A DNA stretch of 64,000 bases from Amphiscolops sp. MND2022 (Eukaryota). Location of the stretch: assembly GCA_964187785.1 (NCBI GenBank), contig OZ076409.1:39000001-39064000 (forward strand), in the 5' to 3' direction. The translations under genes and the position numbers were made by a program. The notes below the pieces were generated by a model. It was not told where the DNA came from. It made no database searches and saw only the letters and a program-made list of their open reading frames with translations. The first letter of the stretch is position 1; each line of letters opens with the position of its first letter. This document shows positions 34,101-46,100 of this stretch, piece by piece.

Positions 34101-37100
34101 GTACCGGTAACATGATTTTGGACAACTCGTCGTCAGTGCCCGAGGTCGAGTAGTCGAACTGCTGGTAGTGCATGCGGGAACCTCCAGCACGTAGTTTGGT
34201 GCGCAGACGGGTATCCATCCAATGGTGCTTGCGCGAAGGCAAGGATATGTCAGATGCTTCTGAAAGTAGTTGTTCAGTTTTATATGAAGGCTGGGACTTA
34301 TCGTCGTCGACTTCTTCAATAGAACGTTCAGGGTCAGGGTCCATGAGTACCACTATTTCCCCGCTGTCCGCTTGCGCGGTGGCGAGCTCAAGGGGCCCAC
34401 TATGATGAGGTTTCAGGCGCTCAAAATGAACCTTTTGGCTGGTGTCCAATACATAGACGCGTCCTTCTTGAAAGACTTGTACTATTTTGTGCGGGCCACG
34501 CCAGGCGCGCATCAGTTTGGGAGAGCCCTTTTGCGGCACGTAGCGGCAAAAAACCCAGACAAGCTCTCCTGGCTGGTAAGCTCGTGCTCGGATGGCACGA
34601 TCATATTTCAATATTTGGCGTAATTGGGCTTGGTGAGTATTGCGCCGGACCAAGTCGTGAATTTCTTGTTGGCGAGCCAACACATGATCCACGTATGCTT
34701 CATGCGTATCAAAGGACTTGGCCGCAAATTCAGGGTACAAAAAGGTGAGGGGGATTGCTTTCTCAACACCCCTTGTTAACATGTAGGGCGAGAAGCCGTT
34801 AGTGGCGTGCCTGGTGGAATTATAGGCACCGATCACTTCATCTAAGCATTGGTCCCAGTCGCGCATGCGACGTGAGCAAAAGACTCGCAACAAGGTTAAG
34901 AGGGTGCGGTTTTGCCGTTCCACTAAACCTTGAGTTCGTGGATGTCCGGCAGTGGAGGTCACCTTAGTGACGTGAGCTGCCTTTAGGAACTCATTGGAGA
35001 CTTCAGCGGTGAGGTTTGGAGCATTGTCTGATTGCATGCGAGTGGGGGTGCCGTGGCGGGCAAACCACTTCTGCAGCAGCAATCGTGAGGTGGTTACTGC
35101 GTCATAGTCGTGGTGACTACAAGGGACTGCCTCTGCAAATTTAGAGAAATGGTCGATGATGACCAAAATACCGGTGTTGTTATTATCAGAGGGGCAGATT
35201 TTTAAGTGGTCGTACTGGACCAACTCGTTGAAGTAGCCACTCTGGATGTTTTTCAGTTGAAATCGTACGTCACCAGGCTTGTCACGTACTTGTTGGCAGG
35301 TGAGGCACTGGCCGACGTATCGACCGATGCTGCGTCGTATGCCGGGCCAAGTGTGGCGCTCTTGAATTCGAGCTACCACTTTTGAGATACCTTGGTGTCC
35401 CATTGCGTCGTGCGCACGGAACAGAATTTCGTGCTGGTACAGTTGAGGCATTATGATAATGCACGGACGTTCGTGCAATGGGCGTTGGGTGGGGGAGTAT
35501 TGCACGCAAAGGACATCATTTTTGTTTATGAACAAGAGGTCCTTTTTCTGGCGGAAGTAATTACGTGCGAACTGACGCACGTTCTCGGGAAACACATCGT
35601 TATCTATGGATTCACACTGCACCAGCTTTTTCAGCGCTAGCACATGGACATCGCGGTTTTGGGCTAGGACCAAATCCTTGATCCCATGCACGGTATGAGT
35701 GTGTTCATGGAGCTCGGTGTCGATGTCCTTGAGGGCCATGATCGACTCGCGCACGCCACCAGGAGAATTCTGTAGCATGGCGTCACTCGTTCCCGTCACA
35801 GAGTAGATGGTGCTCGAGGGGACATTTACTTCATGTGTTGGCAGCAGGTAATCCTCGCTCGCCTCAGTGGTGACGTCTATCCAGTCTTCAGGATAGTCTG
35901 GGTAGAAGTCCTCGTGCTTCTGCAGTACGGGTGGAGGCTTGGGCGGTAGAGGCGCGGCTAGCGCCTTCGCCTGTCGTTCTCGCTTGTTCGCTCGTTGCAC
36001 ACGGCGAAGCACACGGAGTGCTTGGTCAGGAGCCTTAGGCTCCAAGTTCTGCAGATGCGGTGGTAGGTCAGGATGATTTGGAATGATTCGACCTTGCAGG
36101 TCGAACCAGGGGGCTATGGGGAGGTTGTCGAATTCCTCGGCCGAGAGGAAATTCCAACGCTCTCCAGTAGCTGGCAGCTGCGCAAGCTGCCGTTCTCGGC
36201 ATCGATAATCGTTGGTTCGTTTGCTCAAGCCATCAGCATTGCGGTGTTGAGTTCGCGGCCTGTGTTCCACGCGAAAGTGATACCTGTCCAGCGTCATAAT
36301 CCAACGTCCAATCAATGCTTGGTCCGTGGAGTAGGTTTTCAACCAGGATAGGGCTTGGTTGTCGACTCTCAGGGTGAACTTTAAGGTAGCTGTGGTACTT
36401 CAGGATGAAGTAGTAGGCTGCAAACATCTTCAGCTTGGGTGCCCCATATTTGGCTTGAGTGGTGGTCAGTTTCTTGCTGCCGTATATGATCGGTCGTAGG
36501 CGTCGCTCTCCTGGAGCTCCTTGCCACTGGTGTAGGATACCGGAAATGGCAACGGCGCTGGCATCGGTGTCCAGCACAAACTCTCCTTCGGACTCAGGCT
36601 GCGCGAGCGCAGTCGCCTCGATCAATGCTGTCTTGATTTCGTTGAAGGCTCTTTGTTGGTCAGGGCCCCATGCAAACGTGGCATTCAGTCCCTTAACGGC
36701 GTGGAGGGGCGCAACCAGCTTGGCATGCCATGGGATAATTTCACGATAATAATTAGCGAATCCCAGGAAACTTTGCATTTCGGTTTTGTTGCGGGGGATG
36801 TCCCAATCGCGCAGTTTGGCAACAGCCTTCGGGTCCGGCTTGACACCTTCTGCGGAGACTACGCGTCCCAGATATTTGATTTCTGGTTTCATGGAATCGC
36901 ATTTGGCTACGCGCATCTTGAAGCCAGCCTCGCGGAGGCATTCAGAAACCTCGCGCAGACGCGTCATGTGATCTTCCACAGTCTCTGTTGCTATTACTAT
37001 GTCGTCGATGTATGCCATGACCATGCTGCCTTTGCGATTGACCATTTTTTGTAGCGCTCGCGCTATTGCTCGCTGGAAGGTGGCTGATGCATTGCACAAG

Positions 37101-40100
37101 CCAAATGGCATTCTTCGCCATTCGAAGAGTCCCATTTTACAGGCAAAAGCTGTCTTGTGGCGGTCCGCCTTTCGCAAGGGAATTTGCCAGAAAGCCCAGG
37201 CAAGATCTATGCTAGTGTAGATCCTTGCATTGCCCAGTCGCGCCAGGCTTTCATCGATGCGGGGCAGGGGGTAGGCATCCTTAATGGTTACCTCATTCAG
37301 CGGTCGGAAGTCACAGCAAAAACGTAACTCCCCGCTTTTCTTTTTTACCATTACGATACCACTTGCCCAAGGGGACAGTGAAGGTTGTATCATCCCTAAG
37401 GCCAATAAGCTCCGGACCTCTTGGTTGGCTCGTTCAGCCTTTTCGGGGGACATTCTGCGAGCACCTTCACGGTGCGGTACAGCCCCAGGCTCTACCTCTA
37501 TGGTGTGTTTAGCAATGGTACAGCGGGCAATGTCCGCCTTACGTTTCATGAATAGGTCATCAAACTCGTTAAGAATGTTGTCCAAGGACTCGCAGGCGCT
37601 AGCGCCCCAGAGTTTTTTAACTTCTTGCAGTTGAGAATCGGGCCCAGGGATCGGGGCCAATATGTCTGGATCGGTGCGCTTGCGAATCTCGCGCTCCGAA
37701 AGCCCCGCTTCACTTGGATCCGTCGAAGACAAAAACTCAAATTCAGATGAAGAAGTTAACTCAGAAGCAGTGGATAGATTCATTTCACTGTACCTTTTAT
37801 GAACAAAATTTGCTCGACTGTTGTCGGCTTCAGTTTTGTGGTCAGTTTCCGCAGTAGCATCCAGCTTTTGGGGCACAGCCTGGTATACTAAAGACACAGG
37901 CACTACCGTGCCCAGGTGGGCACCACATCGTACACGCTGCTGGTTGCTGGTGAGGTTTACCAGACTCACATACAGTGTTCCTGTCTCACTGACAGTGGCC
38001 ACGCTGTCCTCTAAAAAGATGGTATTTTGCAGTGAGGGATCAGACAACGAGGCGTTAAGCGCCACGGTCTGGAAGATTAATGGTTCAAGCGCGTTGGTGA
38101 CAAGTTTAGCCTTTGCCACTGTACGCTCGAAAGGCTGTAGGACCAGGTCACTGTCCAGAGCAATGGGGGTAGTTAGCGAAGCATCACCTACCTGGGTGTG
38201 TGCATGATGCCAGACGTGCTTCACTGGTGCTCGCACCACTATCTTCATGGAGGTTAAATCTACCAGGACTTGGTAGGAACGGAGGAAGTTTCGACCCAAC
38301 AGAAAGTCCTCCACGCCCATTGCGTCATCTACCACGACTAAATTGGTTTTGAGTTCATACCCTCCCAGCTGGAAGCGTATCTGCTCAGCCAACCCGAAAG
38401 TCTTTATTGTCTTTCCATTGGCAGCGTACAAGTCAATTTGATAGGGTTTCAGGACCGCACCGGTCCGTGCAGCTACCCGGTTGAAGGCGGAGAAGGTTAG
38501 TATAGACACCCCGGAACCAGTATCCACCAGGCCTCGCAGTGGGATAGGTGCCGCATGGGGCACCACAAAGGAGACAACAAGCGACGCACGCTCATCTATC
38601 CGCGCTTCCCCGGTGGGTTCTTGGTGGTTGATATTACAGCATTTCAGCTCTTGAGGTCCCAAGCATAAGCCGGGTGGGAATACATCTACCACCACACAGG
38701 CCTCGAATTTCGCGTCCACGCCGTCCATCGTTGCACAGACTGGTACTGGCGAGTATGTAGTCAGGGTCTCTGACTCTCCAGGGACGTACCACTGTTTTGG
38801 GCGGGGCAACTCCATCCGGTTATAGAGGACAGATAGCTCAACCCAGAGTTTCGCCAAGGTTAGCGTTGGTCTACGCACTTGCTCGGCTGCCAGCATCAGA
38901 TGAATCGAGAACAACGTCCTCCCTTGTGGATCGAACGTGGTGGGCTCCAAGCACGTCTGAATCTGCTTTGTTTCGCATGTGACTATCAGTGGGGGATGAA
39001 ACGCTGGGGGCTCCGCTGGGTGTAGCATTAACACGCGATCATCTTCCAGGGGTACCGTGTGGGCGGCCACACCGGCGGATTCCACCTCGGCCGATCGATT
39101 GTAGGCGGATTCATCATTAGGCCTTGGAGCTTGAGAATGCTCACCACAGGGGACATCCACATGGTCATAGACTCCACAGTGCGCACACTGATGAATGCAT
39201 GGATAATTCTCCAACACGCCATCAGTCACATCTTCAGCAGTAACTTTCACGCCTTCTGGCTCGGGAGCCGCCACTGGCTTGCGAGCCTGGTCGCGGGTGG
39301 GACAGTCCCGGGCAAAGTGCCCAGCTTGACCGCAATTAAAGCACGCGCCAATGGGTAGGCGTGCCGCAGGCTGCGCTGCTGCCTGATTTGGCGGGGCATT
39401 GCTTGCAGGTGGGGGAGGCATTACTCCTTGTGGTAACACCATCTTGTTGGGAGGTAGCGGCGCGAAGGGATGAGGTCTAGACCTCATCGCTAGTCTGGGG
39501 TCATAGGGTTGAGGGAATTGGTTGGGTTTGGGGCGATTGCGCTGCAATTGGCGGGTGGTGAAGCGAAGGGATTCCACCGTAGGTGGGTCAGTCAGGAAGG
39601 CCTCCGAGGCATACACTATAGCTAGTTCCCGCCTCAGCGCTGGGTCTCGCACACCTTCCATAAAGCGCTGGAGGATTTCATAGCGCTTGGTAGTGATTGT
39701 CTCTTGTGGGAATCCTTGACTCCTAAGACCCTCTAGAGCGTCTAAATACTGCATCCAGTCTTCTTTCTCAAGTTGGATGCGGCTCTGGAAAGCTTGTCGT
39801 ACTTGCATCCGATTTCCTCCAGCGCCAAAGCGGCTGGATAGCAATTCGAACACCTTCTCGGGGGTGTCACGTTCAGATTCCGCTTTGTTAATGATGTAGT
39901 TGCGGGCCTCACCTTCAAGGTGACCGATGATGCTCCAAGCCTGGTCCTCGGCTGAGACTTTGGTTTGCGTTCTCTTCAGGTATCTTTGCATAATAAGGAT
40001 CCACCCATCAATGGATCCGTCTTTCGAACCGCGATATACATTGGGTCTCGCCTGAGCGAAGTCTCTACCGGCTAGTAAGGGCGCTAACTCTTTTGACATC

Positions 40101-43100
40101 GCCTTTGATATGGCGGCCGTGAATCTCAGCTGCTCAGGGGATATGGTTTCTCCTTCTTCGACCTTAGCCTCCCCCGCGCGCGTCCTGTCATGACTACCAA
40201 GAGTGGCTTGTATGGATAGGTCAGCGATTTCGTCCTTTTTACGGGTGCTGCTAGCACAGGGAGTGCCCGAGGGCAGTCCATGATCGGCTGACACGTCTGC
40301 GGTCAAGTATAAGGAATCTGGTTCTGATATCAAAATAGGGGCAGTTGCAAACGTCGCTCCTTCGGTTTGAGAGCCTAGGGTTGCTTTGGTGTTGGATAAG
40401 TCGACTTCAACCGAAGAATCAAGATAGATAGTCGACATCGGGTCCACGCCTTGATCTCGAGTGGTGCTCTGGATTGCAGAAGGCATCGATGACGCTGCTG
40501 AGTCGTGATGTCCCCTCATCTGCACTCGTGCAGGCTTGCGCTCTGCCTCAGGCGTGGCTATCACCAAATTTCCGGCTGCTCCTTTATCTTTCCGGGGCGC
40601 AGGCACTGCCGGCCTGGAAGTGTTAGGCTTCAGCGCGCTCGGCAGTTCCGATTTCACTACCTGGCTCGGGCACGTCGGCTCCGAGATGCGGACTGGACCT
40701 CCATTCCGCACGCCTCCACTTGCACTGGGCTGCCGCGGGAGTGACCTCTCGCGCCTCATGACATCAATGGCATTGAGTACCGTGTGCATCTGATTGCTTA
40801 AGTTGTTGATCTGCGTTTCCACGCGCAACTCGCGAGCCATCAACATGTCATTCATCTCTCCCATCCGGTGACCCAATGTGTCCACTCGAGCATTTTGCAC
40901 GTTCTGCGCGGTACGCAATTGATCGCTGACCTGCAGGCCCTCGCGCATCGTCGTCTGCATCACTTTAATGTTCTCCACGATGGCAAGATGTTGCTCATTG
41001 CATTCAGCACGAGTGCTGGCCAGACCTGCTAGGGCCCGTTGGGTTTCGGCTTGGGCATCCAATAACGCTGCCTTGTATACTGAAGACCGTTGCGATGAGG
41101 CCAATGAGCCTGTCATACTCCTGACACGGGATGCTTCTTGACGTGGTTCGCCTATCTGTAATATGGGTGGTCGCACCCTCTTGTGCTTCCCATAGGCACA
41201 GACCCGGGTAGGTCCTCGAGTGGTCCCGAGTCCTCGCTGTCTCGCGTAACTCATGCCTCCCACATAAGTGAGGTCCTGCTCCATGTCAGTCTGTGAGCCA
41301 AGTTGTGTCTCTCCAGCCGGAGGTGCGCGCGAGCACCCTTCCTCAGCCGCCAATTCATCGGTTACATTCGAATTGGGCCAGCCCTCCTCCACTTCATTGG
41401 CTCTATCGCGGCAGGTTTCGTCGACCCACTGCTCGGTTCGACGCGAATTTTCAGAAACACTGGAGTTCTCTGAGGGAGGAACCATAGCGGCCAATTTCTC
41501 TTTTCGCTGTTGTTCGATAGTGACTTCGTCAGACATGTCGTCTTAAAAACGCGAACTATCTATCGTGACCCATGATTGTGAACCGGTATGGGGCACCGCC
41601 ATCGGTTCGGTGGCCAACGCGTTTATCAATAACGATCGAGTTACCGCTCATGATTACTCGGAAGACTCAAATTGGGTCGCCGAACGCACCAGGGTCTTCA
41701 ATTCGGGGCTGATCCCTTGGTCGTCCCGGTGAGAACTTAAGAAATTTGATGGTACTCAACGTCCTAGATTTTTCGAAACACGTTCTAAGGCTCGTAGGCT
41801 ATCCAAATTTGCACAGCGCTTTCCCACAAGCACGCTGGGCCCGAAAATCAACCTGGTTTCGGGCAAGAAAGTTCCAGTCACTCACAGGAAGAATTTCAAA
41901 GGATTTTGGTGTTTTTCAAAATTCGCACGACAACACTCAAAAGGCTCGTGTGTGCGCTGGAAGCGCTGTATCAAGCCCAAATTTGACCAGCAGATCTCAG
42001 GTACACGTAGGTTTACGAAACTGAACACAGTTTTGAGCTGCGCCCCTTATACACAGTTTCACCTGGGTACAGACGTGCGGTACCACTATGTACCAAGATA
42101 CACTGTTTTTCACGTCTTTTTCAAGATTGCGGTCCACTGGAAAGAGCTAGCAAGCTCACCTTTTCTGCAGTAACGTAGGAACTAGCACAAATTACGATGG
42201 TGGGCTGCAATATAGCCCCACCCGTCAGCTAGGGTGCTCGGGTTACTTGGAAAAATTAAGAAAAAACTGCCTTTTTGCACGCTTTTTTGGGGGCCACGTT
42301 TTTGCTATTTTCTCAACAAGTATCACACAGATCGGCACCAAACTTAGTAGCCTATGCCAGTGGGAACCTACAATGCCACTGAAATGGTCGAATTGAAGCG
42401 CGAGCGCTTATTTGAGGTTTCGACCCACTATGTGCGTTGTGCACGAAAAAACACTGTTTTTGACGACTTTTTTCACAAATTGACCAAGAGGATCACCTCA
42501 GAAAGTGATACTGCGGGCAAAATGGGATCAACGTGTTGCCCCACTATCCGTAGCACTGGGATAAACCCTCAATTGGTCGTGCCCGTTAGGTATAAGGCAC
42601 TGACAGTCCTGTAGTTTTGGATTTTCTCGGCCTTTTTGTGCTTTTCTGAAGTCGAAACAACAGAGAGCTTTTCTCGACTTTGGTGAGCAATACGCTCGCC
42701 AAATTTTCGGCACTAACGTTAATTTTTGTGGTGGTTACGAAAATGCAACCACTTTTGGCTAGGGTTCAGGAATCGATGACCCGACCCTAGCTCAGGGACA
42801 GTCCGGTTTTGTGGAAAATTGACCAAATTCAGTGCGTTTTTCCACTTTTCTCAGCACTGAAAAGGAATTTTTGCACGCGGTTTTCACCACAATGCGTTGT
42901 TTTTATTATAAAAACAGAAGATGAGAGCGCGCGGGCTCCCAGGTCTCGAAAACACTGAGTGCCCCAGAGGTTTTAATGATGCACTCTGGCACTCCTGAAA
43001 CTGGCCAAAAATCAAGGCTTTTCGACTTTTCTCAACGCTGAAAAGGAATTTTTGCAAGCGGTTTTCACCACAATGCGTCGTTTTTGCTGCTACAGTCGAA

Positions 43101-46100
43101 AATGAGAGCGCTCGAGCCCGCTCTCTTCGAAGAAGCTTCGCTCTGGGTGTTTTTGGTTAATGCACTTTCTCTACTCGAAAATGCCAAAAATCACAAGTTT
43201 TTCGCACTGTATTAGCCCCAGGCTGCCTGAGTCCGCTACAAAAGTTGCAATTAGTTTCCTGAGGGTCAACTACATCTGGGGTAGTGCCGTACACTGTCGT
43301 TTTGCACTTCCATACTCGTGTACGTTCACGTTTTGGGTGCCTTTTTGGCCAAATTCCCACTTTTTCCACATTTTTTGGCATCAAATTGGCACTTTTATCA
43401 CAATCAAAGGCTTCAACTTCGCCTTTCGTGCCTCGTGCCGGCTTTCTCGAGCCTTGCAGCTGCTTTTTCAAAACTTTCTACCAAAACTTCCTGGCTTCTG
43501 TGAGCACTAGTGCTCGAAACCAAGAAAAACACTAAAAAAACGCAAAAATGAGGTTTTTTTCTCCAAGTGCTATCCTTTTCGCAGAAAAGCACTTCGTAGG
43601 GTGTCGTTACATTTATAGTAGAACGTCACTGACCTGCACCAACGATTCTCCATCGAAAGAGGTGTATTTTCAAAATTTTCGCCAACCATACTCCATCCGA
43701 GCGACTCATCTGGTCACAGGGGGTGCATCTTCACCACGTTATTTCTCCACATCTAGACCAGACAGAAACACGCGGGTGGGACCATTAGCACCGTCTGTCG
43801 TTGCACTTGCTGTCCACCAAAAACCATGCCTCTAGGACGTCTCCACGAGAAATGGGAATAGGAAGTAGGCAACACAAGATTCGTCCCTTCCTTCGCCTCG
43901 CTGGAGCATGGTCAACCATCCATCCGGTACCCTCTTGCATGGCATAAAATGGCTGAAAATAGCTCAAAAAACCTGTTAGACACCCGTAGCCACGTGCTAT
44001 GGTCCCCTACACCTGCAAAAAGGTACCCGCTGATGGGTACACAACACATAACACATAAAGAGCGATTTTCTTCTAAAATGCCCAAAAATACCATTTTCGC
44101 ACCTGAAAACACGTTTTCTTCGGCATTTTCTCTGGTTCAACGCCTCTCCCAGTTCCAGTAAGACGTAATACGACTAAAAAGAGGTGAAACTCTGCTTCTC
44201 TCTCCTGTCCAGAGTCGAAAACGGGCTTGGCGCTGATCACCAGGGGGCCAGATCTTTTAAAAACCGCTAGGGAAAGCTTCCCAAGACGATCCCTCTGTGG
44301 TCGCCAAAAAATGAGATTCTATGTAACGATAAGCGCTGGCGCTTGAACTGCAACGTAGAGTGGAGGAACTAGAACAGCGAATATAATCTGGGACCTAGAT
44401 CTCCGCGGCTCTAGCTCATTTTCCCTCCGAAGGAGCCAGTCCCAGGGTGGGGGAACCGTCTTGTAGGATACTCTCTGGCCTGGTCCTAGTCTGTAACTTC
44501 TAAAAGTAACAGGCATCTTGCAAGTCTCAAGACCACTGCTCAACTAGCCTTTAAAAATTGGACTGAAAACGATGAAGGTTGAACCGTGATATTGGAGAAT
44601 CTGATAAAATCGCCAAATGGGATAAACAGATGCTAAACAACAGCTCTCGAGCATATTAATTTACCACATCGAAAAATACAACAAGAAATTAAGAGTCCAG
44701 AGTCATTTGATGGAAATTGACTTCAGCTTCCCAGCGCTAGCGCTAGTTGCCACACAGGATACCGCAGGGATACTCAGGCGAACATCTGGAACACTGGTTT
44801 CCTTTACTGTAGTAATGGATATCTCCTAGAGATTGACACAATACCGTGTTCTGTATGCGTTGGGGACGTCTTTTTTGTCGTCTCCGGTGGTTGTTCGTCG
44901 CGAGCGGCGATTTCTGCTTTTCTGGGGTGCTTTTTCTGGCAGGTACTTCGTCTTGAGCATGTTTGAGTGCCACGTCAGATTTGAACGAATTTTTGACAAA
45001 ATTTCTAAACATGTTGATATTGCTGTACCAGAGCTTGCCGTTACAATATATGGTTCAGAGTATGATCAGCCTGAAATCATGAACTTTTGTTCCAAACGCG
45101 GATTGACGTGATATGCAACCCAAACAAAAAAATCAGATATTGAGAACAGCCAGCTTTATAGAGGTAACAGAGCCTCATTCGATCTTTAGTATCTGCGAAC
45201 GATACATTGCAGGTCAGAAGAAAGCTATAAAGTTAAAGACAAGCTATAGTAACTCAATTTGTTCTCAGCCACTCCTTAGTTAATAACTAACACTTTTATT
45301 ATAGCAGTACCCACTTTGCAGTGTGAGTTTCGATTATTTCGAAAAAAATTACCAGTATTTCAGCAAAAGCTGCCAAAAATTGATGATTGCTACCTCGTTT
45401 TCAATTTGTTGATTGTATTGGACCTTTGGTTGAGGAATATCTAGTAATTTCATAAAGTGTATGCGGTAATTGACTATATTATCCTAATTTTCTTTTTATG
45501 GCTCCAGGCTGACCATACTCTGGGCCATAAAGATTTATGGTTCCAGGCTGATTATACACTGAACCATATATGGCCCAGAATATGGTCAAGCTGGGACCAT
45601 AAACTTTGCTTCTTTATGGAACATGGCGTATCATAGACTGGACCATATATGTCCAGAGTATGGTCAGCCTGGAACCATAAACCTTTATGGTCCAGAGTAT
45701 GATCAGCATGGATTCATAATGTGAGTATGATGGCAGAGTATGATTAACCTGTTTTTGTATGGGAGGGAAACCCGGGGTCGACTATTATGATGACTATATG
45801 TAGTCGTTTTTTAGTCGGCGCATTTTCCTTTAAGGAAAAAAGCCCGACTATTACAGTGGCTAGTTTTTTTTTTTTTTCGTCAGACCACAGAGCTCATCGC
45901 GTATGTACCACTTTTTACAGAAACTGATAAGTTCACTCAGGCCAAGTTCCACCAATGCAAACTTACTGCAAAGGGTCCCCCCTTTCGTTTTTTACCTTTT
46001 TTACGTAACCTACAAAACCGGAAGACTCCAAAGGGTCCCCCCTTTCAATTTTTTTTCGGCACTGTGCGAATTTTTTTTTCGAAAATTTTCAATTTTTCAA

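Larger units (their letters stand above)
26201..45045 (-). mobile_element. Element B: full-length 18.8-kb Ty3/Gypsy LTR retrotransposon with an extra env-position ORF, inside a host intron
   Basis: LTRs 26201-26928 and 44322-45045 with TGTAAC...GTTACA ends, PBS, PPT, gag-pol and a second large ORF. Confidence 0.97.
26104..45776. repeat. Small repeat element split by insertion of element B (pieces 26104-26200 and 45046-45776)
   Basis: Inverted 12-mers CCCGGGTTTCCC (26104-26115) and GGGAAACCCGGG (45765-45776). TATGATCAGCCTGGAACCATA-like subrepeats lie on both sides of element B and in tandem at 45495-45750. Confidence 0.55.

Noticed and set aside
36360..36400. Programmed frameshift within pol of element B
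   Set aside because: It lies inside RNase H with a few residues apparently missing and no slippery heptamer. It looks like a small deletion.
28070..41546. Numerous plus-strand ORFs opposite the genes of element B
   Set aside because: Shadow ORFs of GC-rich coding sequence. No consistent splice model was noticed, unlike in element A.
44289..44306. tRNA gene
   Set aside because: Only an 18-nt 3'-end match including CCA, so it is a PBS. No cloverleaf.
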